The position numbers and the translations under genes are program-made. A model generated the notes under the pieces. The model worked only from the letters and a program-made list of their open reading frames with translations, ran no database searches and was not told where the DNA came from. Source: an uncultured Clostridia bacterium (GTDB lineage: Bacteria; Bacillota_I; Bacilli_A; RF39; UBA660). Taken from it: DNA of 64,000 bases. Shown here piece by piece: positions 37,082 through 46,727 of the stretch (position 1 is the stretch's first letter; the number at the start of each line of letters is the position of its first letter). The stretch covers positions 71,483 through 135,482 of the forward strand of contig CAMJWT010000001.1 in assembly GCA_946409545.1 (NCBI GenBank). Reading direction: 5' to 3'.

Positions 37082-37261
37082 TATTTACTTTTTATATGTT
37101 TTATGGTATAATACAAGACAACAAAAGGGAGTAATTCCGCGTTTTATATCGTCAGGACGTTTTATACCGGTATAAAAGATTATTATTGAATGAGACTTTT
37201 GCTTAGCAAAAGTTTTTCTTTTGCTATAAATAATGATATAATGATGAAAGGAGGAATATTT

Positions 37262-38017
37262 ATGATTATTGGAATCATTGTTATTGTCGTTTTTATTATT
37301 TTAGGTTCAATTAAACAAATTGATCAATTTGAAAGAGGAATTAAATTCCAAAGAGGTAAATTCAAGAAAATTATGCAACCAGGATGGAATATCGTATTAC
37401 CTATCATTCAATCATATAGAAAGGTAGATATTCGTACTAAAGCTGTTGACGTACCAGAACAAGATGCTATTACAAAAGATAATGTAAGTGTACGTATTAA
37501 TGCTGTTATTTACTATAAGATATTCGATGCTAGTAAAGCTATTCTTGAAGTTGAAAACTTCTATTATGCTGTATCACAATTAGCTCAAACAACAATGCGT
37601 AATGCTGTTGGTGAAGTATCTCTAGATGAATTATTATCAGAAAGAGAAAAAATATCTGCAAAGATTTGTGAAATTATTGATAAAGCTACTGATCCTTGGG
37701 GAATTAAAGTAGAGAATGTTGAACTTAAAGACGTATCTCTTCCAGAAGAAATGAAGAGAGTTATTGCTCGTGTTGCTGAAGCAGAACGTGAGAAGATGGC
37801 TGTTATTACTAAAGCTCATGGTGAAGTTGAAGCTGCTGAAAACTTAAATAAGGCTGCTGAAACACTTGCTCAAAATCCAGTTGCTGTTCATTTAAGAACT
37901 CTTGAAACTATCAATGATTTATCAAGTGATCAATCAAATACTATTATTTTTGCATTACCACTTGATGTTTTAAAATCATTTGATACATACAATAAAAAGA
38001 ACAGTAAAAGTGAATAG
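37262..38017 (+). CDS. SPFH/band-7 (stomatin-like) membrane protein
   Basis: N-terminal TM helix. 'RGIKFQRGKF...GWNIVLPIIQSYRKVDIRTKAVDVPEQDAITKDNVSVRINAVIYYKI' is stomatin-like. AAAGGAGG RBS. Confidence 0.75.
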   Translation: MIIGIIVIVVFIILGSIKQIDQFERGIKFQRGKFKKIMQPGWNIVLPIIQSYRKVDIRTKAVDVPEQDAITKDNVSVRINAVIYYKIFDASKAILEVENFYYAVSQLAQTTMRNAVGEVSLDELLSEREKISAKICEIIDKATDPWGIKVENVELKDVSLPEEMKRVIARVAEAEREKMAVITKAHGEVEAAENLNKAAETLAQNPVAVHLRTLETINDLSSDQSNTIIFALPLDVLKSFDTYNKKNSKSE

Positions 38018-38042
38018 TGTAAATATCGATTAAAAAGTGATG

Positions 38043-38071
38043 AATTTCATCACTTTTTTTGTTTACCTTTA
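38043..38071 (+). terminator. rho-independent terminator
   Basis: agtgatg-(aattt)-catcact followed by T7. Confidence 0.5.
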
Positions 38072-38109
38072 ATAATTTTGCGTTATATAATTAAAATAGG
38101 AGTGGTGTG

Positions 38110-38337
38110 ATGAAAAAGATAATTTTAGAAGAGAATGGTAAAGATGTTGAATATGATGTTTTGTTTACCTTTAAAGATGAAAAGAATAATAAAGAATATA
38201 TAATATATACGGATGACAGTGAATATTTATATGCAGCTTATTTTGATAATGGAGAAATAAATTATATCGATAATCCCACTGATCAAGCTTTTATCGAAAA
38301 AGTTATTGATATAGTTAAAAAGAGTGTGGAGGAATAA
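38110..38337 (+). CDS. DUF1292-like small acidic protein
   Basis: 76 aa with 'ILEENGKDVEYDVLFTFKDEKNNKEYIIYTDD...'. AGGAG RBS. Confidence 0.5.
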   Translation: MKKIILEENGKDVEYDVLFTFKDEKNNKEYIIYTDDSEYLYAAYFDNGEINYIDNPTDQAFIEKVIDIVKKSVEE

Positions 38338-38338
38338 T

Positions 38339-39448
38339 ATGGCTAAAGTTAGTAATTTTAATGGTAAAGTAGTAAAAAGTGTTGTTCAAAGTAAAAAAAT
38401 ATCATTTGGTTCTAAAATTAGAGTAGTCGTTATTTCTGATTTGCATAATTATACTACTGATAGAGAACAAGCTAGCCGTCTAGCTGAAGAAATAAAAAGA
38501 CAAAATCCCGATTTTATTTTTATAGCAGGTGATATTTTTAATCTTGGAAAACAATGGGAAGATGAAACCTCATTATCAGGATTATGGTATTTTCTTGGTA
38601 ACGTTTCTGAAGTTGCACCAGTATTTATTACATGGGGTAATCATGATATTGTAGGTACTACTGATAAAAATAGAGAAGAAAGGTTAAAGAATCTTCGTCT
38701 TCTTGAAAAAGCAAGACCTGGTGAAGTATATCCACTATATAATGAATGTGTAATCGTAAAAGGTATGGAAGTTATGGGCTTTGTACCAACATTAGGTATT
38801 TTAGGTGGATTATCTAATCAACTTCATGGTATTGCTCATGATAAATTTATAGATATGTATGAAAAGAAAGGTGCAAGATTCTCAAGTGATCCAAGTAGAA
38901 TGAAAACTTACTTAGGTCATAATCCTCATTTAATTGCGGCTTCTGAAAATGGAGTTGGTTTAGGAAGCTTAAAAGTATGTGACTTCTTTGTAACTGGTCA
39001 CTTACACAATGGATATAAATTAGTAATTGAACACTTAAGAAAAATGTTTAAAATGAAACCAAAAGAGTTATCTTCTCTAGCCTTTGATAAAGGCTGGGTT
39101 GAACAACCTATTGTTGTTAATAGAAAAGGTCTTCCGATTCTTACTAGCCTTTATCCAGTTTTTATGGGACATACAAATTTATGCCGAGGAATTGTTTATA
39201 TAGATGATGATGCACAACAAAAATATCTACAGTTACCTGATGGTAGTATGTATAAAAATTCCTCTAGTAAACCTAATGTTCAAGTTTGGGAACCAATTCT
39301 TCCTGATCTTGCAAGAAAAGAAATAATGGATGATGATTTATCATGTATGATTATTTCTGAAGGTATAAATCCAGGCTTTGTTTCTGGTGAAGAAATGGCA
39401 ACAATGAATACTGTTGATTTTGTTAATACAGTTGATAGTCAAAAATAA
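38339..39448 (+). CDS. Calcineurin-like metallophosphoesterase
   Basis: Has the motifs 'VVISDLHN', 'IAGDIFN' and 'TWGNHD'. Confidence 0.7.
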   Translation: MAKVSNFNGKVVKSVVQSKKISFGSKIRVVVISDLHNYTTDREQASRLAEEIKRQNPDFIFIAGDIFNLGKQWEDETSLSGLWYFLGNVSEVAPVFITWGNHDIVGTTDKNREERLKNLRLLEKARPGEVYPLYNECVIVKGMEVMGFVPTLGILGGLSNQLHGIAHDKFIDMYEKKGARFSSDPSRMKTYLGHNPHLIAASENGVGLGSLKVCDFFVTGHLHNGYKLVIEHLRKMFKMKPKELSSLAFDKGWVEQPIVVNRKGLPILTSLYPVFMGHTNLCRGIVYIDDDAQQKYLQLPDGSMYKNSSSKPNVQVWEPILPDLARKEIMDDDLSCMIISEGINPGFVSGEEMATMNTVDFVNTVDSQK

Positions 39449-39475
39449 GATTAGTTTAAAACTAATCTTTTTATT
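39446..39475 (+). terminator. rho-independent terminator
   Basis: Stem agattagt/actaatct followed by T5. Confidence 0.45.
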
Positions 39476-39535
39476 TCTATTGTATTTAAAAAATATTTAT
39501 GGTATCATTTATGTATAATAAGGGATGGTATAGAT

Positions 39536-40405
39536 GTGAATTATACTAGTATTTTTTTGGATTCCATTAAACCAAATTTAGAGGGTATTGATGAAATTAA
39601 AGAAAGACTTGATAATTCGATGGATGAATATAAAAATCTAGATGAATTAGTCTTTTTTATTGGAGATGATTCTAAAAAGATTATTGATTTTCCTAATCAG
39701 GATTTAGTTAATAATTATTTATCGTTAATTTCCAAAGATGAAAAAGAATATCAAGCAATAAAGTACTTAGTTTCAACAAACGATAAAAAGATGCGTTTTT
39801 TACCTCAATATGTTGATTCTGTTGTTAATCTTGAAAGTTTAGCAATAGGTATTAGAAGTATAAAAAATAACTTATCAAGAGAGATTGATGATTTAAGTTC
39901 AACATATTATGAAAAATGGTTAAATAAAAAATATTATGATATCTTCTCTTCTAATAATATTTATTTATCTGATCCAAGTGAGTTTTCTATATATTTAAAA
40001 AAGTTAGAAATTCCAGATGATTTAAAAGTTAATATATTAGGAGAAGCTGTTAAGTGTAATAATATCTATTATCAAAAATATTATGATAATACAGATGATT
40101 ATATTAAGTTTATTAATGATAATCGAATATTCTTATTAAACAAGTTTAAGAGTTTAGAAGATAGTTTAAGTAAATATGTTAATCTAGATTGTAGTTTAGA
40201 AGACATATTAAGTTATAGTAATCGATATGATTTAGAAAACTTATTACTTGCTAAAAAGATATGGATTGTTAATAAAGTTAATGATAATTATTTAAATAAT
40301 GATATGAATGGATTAAATGATTTAATAAAAGATTTTAATTTCATTAATACATTAGAGAACAAGAATAAAGAAGAAATAGAAAGAATAATAAAGGAAGGGC
40401 ATTAA
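39536..40405 (+). CDS. Hypothetical protein (first gene of a coupled three-gene operon)
   Basis: 289 aa. Putative GTG start, so the start is uncertain. No TM helix. Confidence 0.4.
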   Translation: MNYTSIFLDSIKPNLEGIDEIKERLDNSMDEYKNLDELVFFIGDDSKKIIDFPNQDLVNNYLSLISKDEKEYQAIKYLVSTNDKKMRFLPQYVDSVVNLESLAIGIRSIKNNLSREIDDLSSTYYEKWLNKKYYDIFSSNNIYLSDPSEFSIYLKKLEIPDDLKVNILGEAVKCNNIYYQKYYDNTDDYIKFINDNRIFLLNKFKSLEDSLSKYVNLDCSLEDILSYSNRYDLENLLLAKKIWIVNKVNDNYLNNDMNGLNDLIKDFNFINTLENKNKEEIERIIKEGH

Positions 40406-40406
40406 A

Positions 40407-42554
40407 ATGAAAGAAGAATTATTAAAAGTTTTAGAAACAAAGCTAGATAGTATTAATAAAAACATTGAGTCCTTAGATTTAATTAATACTAGATTAAATG
40501 GAGAAGAAGAGAATCTAAACTATGTACAACAAATTCTTGGATATTTTAAAAATGAAGAAGATGGTTATGATATTAATAGATTTTCTTTGTTAGATAAAGA
40601 GAATTTTAATAAATGTTTAGAATTAGTACCAGATTCTACAAAAGGTAAGTTTCAAACTAATAGTTGTAATTATGATGGTCTTGTTTATTTAATAAATGGT
40701 ATCAATAATGGTATTGCTCTTACTTTAACGGAAGAACAACAACAAGCTATTGAATTGATGATTAATGGCCTTAGTGATAAGAAAATTGATTATCAAGCTA
40801 GAATAGATGGTATTAAGTTAGCAAGAGATAGATTAGAAGTTAGTGATCCTAATGCCTTAGAATTATCTAAAGAAAAATATCAAAGTATTGTTAATGAACT
40901 AAATAATAATGATTATATTTCAGAAACTGATGATGTCATTAATGCTATTAACTATTCTAATGTTGAGCAAAATAAAGTTGTTGATATGTTAAGTTATTTA
41001 TTAAAATATAATGCTGACATTTATAATGAAAGAGTAGAAGTAGGACTACAAAATCCAACATATGTTGCAAATGAAGAGGTTCAACAAGTTGTTCCTACTG
41101 AAGAAGTTTATGAAGCTCCAGTTGAAACAAATATGGAAATGCCTGTAGATGTCCCAACAGAAGAAGTATATGAAAATCCTCAAGAAATGGATTTTATGCC
41201 TACTGAAGATTATGAAGAAGTTAGTGCTGAGGAAACAGAAATACCTCAAGAAGAATCTGTTCCTCTTGAAGTATATCAAGAAACTGAAGTTCCAGCAGAT
41301 GTTCCTGTTGATAATACTGAAGTAGAAACACCTATCGAAACAGCTGTTTCAGAAGAAGTACAAGAAGAAATTAATAAATTAGTTACTGAAGAAGAACCAG
41401 AAGAATATCAAAATAGTGAATTAGAAATTACACCAGCTCCTCTTGAAGTAGAAGCACATAGTGACATGATTAATAAAGATGAATTAGATTCTTTATTACA
41501 GGGTTATCATATTAAACTAGATGATGAATTTGATGATAGCTTATTATATGGTGATATTAATAATTATCGTGATATTTTAGATAATCTTCGTAATCAAGAT
41601 GTTTTATCAACAATTAGTAAAAATCAAATATTACTAAAAAATATCTTAATTTATTCTAATAATGAATTAATTGATAATGTTCTTGAAATAATTAGAAATG
41701 ATTTTTCTATCGATGATGATGATTATGTAGAAACAGCTAAGATTACAATTGATACATTACCAGCAATCTTTGTTAATGAACCAATTGGAACATATGATAA
41801 TTTTATTCGTAATGTTGAAATGTTTAAGAGATTAAACTTCGATATGATTAACTTATTTGATTTTAGTAGAGAATTATTAGTAGTTGATAATAACTTACTT
41901 GAAAGTAATTATCAATTAGTAAGTAGATATGATATTAATATTGATGAAAAGAATGCTAAGTATTTACTTGCAATTCCAAATGTTGTTGAAAGAATGGATT
42001 ATTATGTTGAATCTTTATATGATGATAAGATTACTAGAAAGACATTTGATGGTATTAATATTATTAGAATGTATCCAAGTAAACTTGATACTGTAACAGA
42101 TTTAACGATTAAGAGATTGCGTTATTCTAGTGAGAATGGTAAGAAGATGTTTGGTTCTCGTGAAAACAGTATTTCTGGTGAAGTTGCTAATTTAAAAGTA
42201 GATGTTTTGAATATCCCTGATAATTATATGGCTTCATTCTTCAATAATGAATTTGATGATATAACTGGTGAAGAAATAACTTCATTTGAACAAATGCTTC
42301 TAGCTAATAATAATTATCAATTTGTTGAAGATGAATTATTACAAAAATTAAATATGTATCGTGATGGATTAAGATATTCAATTGAAAATGTTAATGTTTC
42401 TTATAATAAAGTATTAAGAAATTACAATATTTTAATTAATAATAATATTGATCCACAAAAAGCATTAGAATTCGCAGTATGTTATAACCTTGTTATTACC
42501 AAAGATGAATACATTAAAGTAAAAAATGTTTTAAATACATTGGGAGGTAAATAA
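40407..42554 (+). CDS. Hypothetical large acidic protein with a central Glu/Pro/Val-rich low-complexity region
   Basis: 715 aa. Start is 2 nt after the upstream stop. Central region '...VPTEEVYEAPVETNMEMPVDVPTEEVYENPQEMDFMPTEDYEE...'. Confidence 0.5.
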   Translation: MKEELLKVLETKLDSINKNIESLDLINTRLNGEEENLNYVQQILGYFKNEEDGYDINRFSLLDKENFNKCLELVPDSTKGKFQTNSCNYDGLVYLINGINNGIALTLTEEQQQAIELMINGLSDKKIDYQARIDGIKLARDRLEVSDPNALELSKEKYQSIVNELNNNDYISETDDVINAINYSNVEQNKVVDMLSYLLKYNADIYNERVEVGLQNPTYVANEEVQQVVPTEEVYEAPVETNMEMPVDVPTEEVYENPQEMDFMPTEDYEEVSAEETEIPQEESVPLEVYQETEVPADVPVDNTEVETPIETAVSEEVQEEINKLVTEEEPEEYQNSELEITPAPLEVEAHSDMINKDELDSLLQGYHIKLDDEFDDSLLYGDINNYRDILDNLRNQDVLSTISKNQILLKNILIYSNNELIDNVLEIIRNDFSIDDDDYVETAKITIDTLPAIFVNEPIGTYDNFIRNVEMFKRLNFDMINLFDFSRELLVVDNNLLESNYQLVSRYDINIDEKNAKYLLAIPNVVERMDYYVESLYDDKITRKTFDGINIIRMYPSKLDTVTDLTIKRLRYSSENGKKMFGSRENSISGEVANLKVDVLNIPDNYMASFFNNEFDDITGEEITSFEQMLLANNNYQFVEDELLQKLNMYRDGLRYSIENVNVSYNKVLRNYNILINNNIDPQKALEFAVCYNLVITKDEYIKVKNVLNTLGGK

Positions 42555-42555
42555 T

Positions 42556-42855
42556 ATGGAATTCTTGATTAAATATAATTTTACAAAGAAAGATATTGAA
42601 ACAATTGAAAAAAGTATAACAGAAACAGAATTAAGAAATGTTAAAATGAATGCCAATAATATTGTTCAAGTAGTTGATTATTTAACTTCACTTGGAATAA
42701 CTAAAGATACAATGAGAGATTTATTTATCTATCAAATTGGTATCTTCCATAGAACTAAAGGTGAACTTGAACAAGTATTTGATGAATATGAAATTGAATC
42801 AATTGTTAAATCATTAAATTATGATGTTAACACAATTGATATGGTTGAATTTTAA
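42556..42855 (+). CDS. Hypothetical small protein (third gene of the operon)
   Basis: 99 aa. Start is 2 nt after the upstream stop. Confidence 0.45.
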   Translation: MEFLIKYNFTKKDIETIEKSITETELRNVKMNANNIVQVVDYLTSLGITKDTMRDLFIYQIGIFHRTKGELEQVFDEYEIESIVKSLNYDVNTIDMVEF

Positions 42856-42906
42856 AAATATCTTGCATTTATAAAATAATTAAGTTAAAATAAATAACAA
42901 TGAAAG

Positions 42907-42947
42907 GAGTAACTATATTTATTTTTAAAATAGTTACTCTTTTTTTG
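42907..42947 (+). terminator. rho-independent terminator preceding the rpoB leader
   Basis: 9-bp stem gagtaacta/tagttactc followed by T7. Confidence 0.55.
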
Positions 42948-43127
42948 TTTAAAATAATGCAAATGTCATAAATGTGTCTAGCATATTGACAAAATAAAAG
43001 AAAATTGATTATTTCCTTTCTTTTTTGTTGACTAGAAATATTATTTGTGTTATTAATATATGTTGGCGACATATTATTTTGTATAATATGTAATAGTAAA
43101 AAATAATACGTAATGGGGTGAATTTTA

Positions 43128-46100
43128 ATGGCTTATAAGCTAGTTAATTGTGGCGATTATCGTCAAAGAAGATCCTTCTCAAGGATAAAGAAAAGTTATG
43201 AATTAAAAGATTTACTTGAAATTCAAAAAAAGAGTTATCAATGGTTTGTTGATACAGGTATAAAAGAAGTATTTGATGACTTGTTCCCCGTAGAAAATTT
43301 CTCTGGAACTCTATCATTAGAATTTGGTGATTATCATTTTGATGAACCAAGATATTCAATTAAAGAAAGTAAGGATAGAGAGTCTACTTATGCAGCTCCA
43401 CTTAAGATTGATGTTAGATTATTTAATCATGAAACCGGTGAAGTAAAAGAACAAGAAATATTCTTAGGTGATATGCCAGTAATGACGGATAGTGGTACTT
43501 TCATTATCAATGGTGCAGAACGTGTAATTGTATCTCAATTAGTAAGAAGTCCAAGTGTATACTTTAATCGTGAAATTGATAAGAGTGGTAGAAGTTTAAT
43601 TACATCACAAATTATTCCAACACGTGGTACATGGTTAGAATTCGAAACTGATGCTAGAGATGTTGTATATGTTCGTATTGATAGAACAAGAAAAGTAGCT
43701 TTAACTACCCTTTTACGTGCTTTTGGTTTATCTAGTGACGAAGATATTTACAAAGTCTTTGGTAAAGATCCATATATTGAAAATACAATAGCTAAAGATA
43801 GTACAAGAAATACTGATGAAGCTTTAATTGAAATATATGAAAAATTAAGACCAGGAGAACCTAGTACACTTGATAGTTCTAAAAACCAAATTATTACAAG
43901 ATTCTTTGATGAATTCCGTTATGATTTAGCCCGTGTAGGACGTTATAAATTTAATAGAAAGTTAAATGTAACAGATAGATTATTAAATCAAACTTTAGCA
44001 GAAGATATTAAAGTTGATAATGAAGTTAAATTTGCTAAAGATACATTAATTACAAAAGATGTCTTAGAAGAAATGAAGACTATCTTTAATAGTGGTTATA
44101 ATTTAAAACCAGCTAAGATTAATGAAGAATTAGATACTTATGGAAATATTCAAACAATTAAGATTTATAATCCTAATGATAAGAAAGAAAAATTAATTGT
44201 AATCGGTAATGATTATAATATAGATGTTAAGAGATTAACTATTAGTGATGTTTATGCATCAGTAAGTTATTACTTAAACTTATTACATGGTGTTGGTAAC
44301 TTCGATGAAATTGACCATTTAGGTAATCGTCGTATTAGACAAGTAGGAGAATTATTACAAAATCAATTTAGAATTGGTGTAGCTCGTATGGAAAGAGTTA
44401 TTCGTGAACGTATGACTACTCAAGAAATGGATGAAGTAACTCCTAAAACATTAATTAATATAAGACCAGTTACAGCTGCTATGAAAGAGTTCTTTGGTTC
44501 ATCACAACTTTCACAATTCATGGATCAAACGAACCCACTTGCAGAATTAACTAATAAACGTCGTCTATCTGCTTTAGGTCCAGGTGGATTATCAAGAGAT
44601 AGAGCTGGTGTTGAAGTACGTGACGTTAACCCTTCACATTATGGACGTATTTGTCCTATTGAATCACCAGAAGGACAAAATATTGGTCTTATTACTTCAC
44701 TTGCTAGTTACGCTAAAATTGATGAATATGGATTTATTATGACTCCATATCGTAAGGTTGAAAATAAGAAATTAACTGATGAAGTTGTTTATTTAACAGC
44801 CGATGAAGAACAAGATTATGTTATTTCACAAGCTACTATTGAAGTAGATGATAAATTTAATATTGTACCTGAAAAAGTAACAGCTCGTTATAAAGGTGAA
44901 AATATTATTACTAAATCAGAAGATGTTGATTATGTCGATGTATCACCACAACAAGTAGTTGCTGTAACAACAAGTTGTATTCCATTCCTAGAACACGATG
45001 ATGCAACTCGTGCTTTGATGGGTGCAAACATGCAACGTCAATCAGTACCATTACTTAGAAGTGAAGCTCCATTTGTTGGAACAGGTGTAGAATATGCAGC
45101 TGCTCGTGACTCTGGTGCTGTAGTTCTTGCTAAAGCAGATGGTGTTGTTGATTATGTTGATGCTAAGAAGATTGTTATTAAAAATGCTAAGGGACAAGAT
45201 GTTTATTATATGTCTAACTATGAGTTATCAAACTCTGGTTCTATTTCACATCAACGTCCAATTGTTCATGTAGGTGATAAGATTAAACGTGGTCAAACAA
45301 TTGCTGATGGACCAAGTACTAATCAAGGTGAACTTGCCCTAGGTAAGAATATGGTTGTTGCCTTCATGACATTTAATGGTTATAACTATGAAGATGCCGT
45401 TGTATTAAATGAAAATTTAGTTAAAGACGATGTATTCACATCACTTTATCTAGAAGATTATCAAATGCAATGTCGTGATACCAAATTAGGTCCTGAAGAG
45501 ATTACTCGTGATATTCCAAATGTTAGTGAAGAATCTCGTAAGAACTTAGACGAAAATGGTATTGTAATGATTGGTACAGAAGTACATGAAGGTGATATCT
45601 TAGTTGGTAAAGTAACTCCAAAAGGTATGGCTGAACTTACTTCAGAAGAAAAATTATTACATGCTATCTTCGGTGAAAAAACAAGAGAAGTTCGTGATAC
45701 ATCACTTCGTGTTCCACATGGTGGCGATGGTATTGTTCACGATGTTAAGATATATAGTAGAAAAGATAATGATGAATTACCAGCTGGTGTTTCTAAAGTT
45801 ATTAGAATTTATATAATTCAAAAACGTAAGATTCAAGTTGGTGATAAGATGTCTGGTCGTCATGGTAATAAAGGTGTTATTTCACTTATTCTTCCACAAG
45901 AAGATATGCCATTCTTACCAGATGGTCGTCCAGTTGATGTAATGTTAAACCCAATGGGTGTTCCATCACGTATGAATATTGGACAAATCCTAGAACTTCA
46001 TTTAGGTATGGCTGCTAAGAAATTAGGAGTTTACTGTGCTACACCAGTATTTGATGGTGCAACAATAGATGATGTTCATGAAATGATGGCTGAAGCTCAT

Positions 46101-46727
46101 ATGGAACCAGATGGAAAGACTGTTTTATATAATGGTCGTACTGGTGAACCATTTGATAATCGTGTATCAGTTGGTGTTATGTATATGATTAAACTACACC
46201 ACATGGTAGATGATAAACTTCATGCAAGAAGTACAGGTCCTTATTCATTAGTAACTCAACAACCACTTGGAGGTAAAGCTCAATTTGGTGGTCAAAGATT
46301 TGGTGAGATGGAAGTTTGGGCTCTATATGCTTATGGAGCTGCTCATACATTACAAGAAATCTTAACTGTTAAGTCTGATGATGTAATTGGTCGTGTTAAA
46401 GTATATGAATCAATTATTAAAGGACAAGATGTTAATAGAGCTGGTGTTCCAGAATCATTTAGAGTTCTTATGAAAGAATTCCAAGCTTTAGGCTTAGACT
46501 TAAAGATTGTTAATGATGATGGTGAAATACTAGATCTTAAAGAAATTGAAGAAGATGAGGATAAAGAAGATATTAATCCAAATCTTGATGAGGTTGAATT
46601 AAATCCTGTTGTCAAAGATGTTGAACCAGATGATGACTGGGAAGAAGAATCAGAATTTGATGATGAGGATAGTTTAGATGATATCGATGATGAAGATATT
46701 GATTTAGATGAAGGAGGGGAATTCTAA
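43128..46727 (+). CDS. rpoB: DNA-directed RNA polymerase subunit beta, with a ~90-aa acidic C-terminal extension
   Basis: N-terminus '[16 protein letters not shown]...SYQWFVD'. 1199 aa. C-terminus '[22 protein letters not shown]...[12 protein letters not shown]'. Confidence 0.97.
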   Translation: MAYKLVNCGDYRQRRSFSRIKKSYELKDLLEIQKKSYQWFVDTGIKEVFDDLFPVENFSGTLSLEFGDYHFDEPRYSIKESKDRESTYAAPLKIDVRLFNHETGEVKEQEIFLGDMPVMTDSGTFIINGAERVIVSQLVRSPSVYFNREIDKSGRSLITSQIIPTRGTWLEFETDARDVVYVRIDRTRKVALTTLLRAFGLSSDEDIYKVFGKDPYIENTIAKDSTRNTDEALIEIYEKLRPGEPSTLDSSKNQIITRFFDEFRYDLARVGRYKFNRKLNVTDRLLNQTLAEDIKVDNEVKFAKDTLITKDVLEEMKTIFNSGYNLKPAKINEELDTYGNIQTIKIYNPNDKKEKLIVIGNDYNIDVKRLTISDVYASVSYYLNLLHGVGNFDEIDHLGNRRIRQVGELLQNQFRIGVARMERVIRERMTTQEMDEVTPKTLINIRPVTAAMKEFFGSSQLSQFMDQTNPLAELTNKRRLSALGPGGLSRDRAGVEVRDVNPSHYGRICPIESPEGQNIGLITSLASYAKIDEYGFIMTPYRKVENKKLTDEVVYLTADEEQDYVISQATIEVDDKFNIVPEKVTARYKGENIITKSEDVDYVDVSPQQVVAVTTSCIPFLEHDDATRALMGANMQRQSVPLLRSEAPFVGTGVEYAAARDSGAVVLAKADGVVDYVDAKKIVIKNAKGQDVYYMSNYELSNSGSISHQRPIVHVGDKIKRGQTIADGPSTNQGELALGKNMVVAFMTFNGYNYEDAVVLNENLVKDDVFTSLYLEDYQMQCRDTKLGPEEITRDIPNVSEESRKNLDENGIVMIGTEVHEGDILVGKVTPKGMAELTSEEKLLHAIFGEKTREVRDTSLRVPHGGDGIVHDVKIYSRKDNDELPAGVSKVIRIYIIQKRKIQVGDKMSGRHGNKGVISLILPQEDMPFLPDGRPVDVMLNPMGVPSRMNIGQILELHLGMAAKKLGVYCATPVFDGATIDDVHEMMAEAHMEPDGKTVLYNGRTGEPFDNRVSVGVMYMIKLHHMVDDKLHARSTGPYSLVTQQPLGGKAQFGGQRFGEMEVWALYAYGAAHTLQEILTVKSDDVIGRVKVYESIIKGQDVNRAGVPESFRVLMKEFQALGLDLKIVNDDGEILDLKEIEEDEDKEDINPNLDEVELNPVVKDVEPDDDWEEESEFDDEDSLDDIDDEDIDLDEGGEF

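Noticed and set aside
39527-39535. ATG at 39527 as the start of the first gene of the three-gene operon
   Set aside because: It is immediately followed by an in-frame TGA. The next usable start is the GTG at 39536. The true start remains uncertain.
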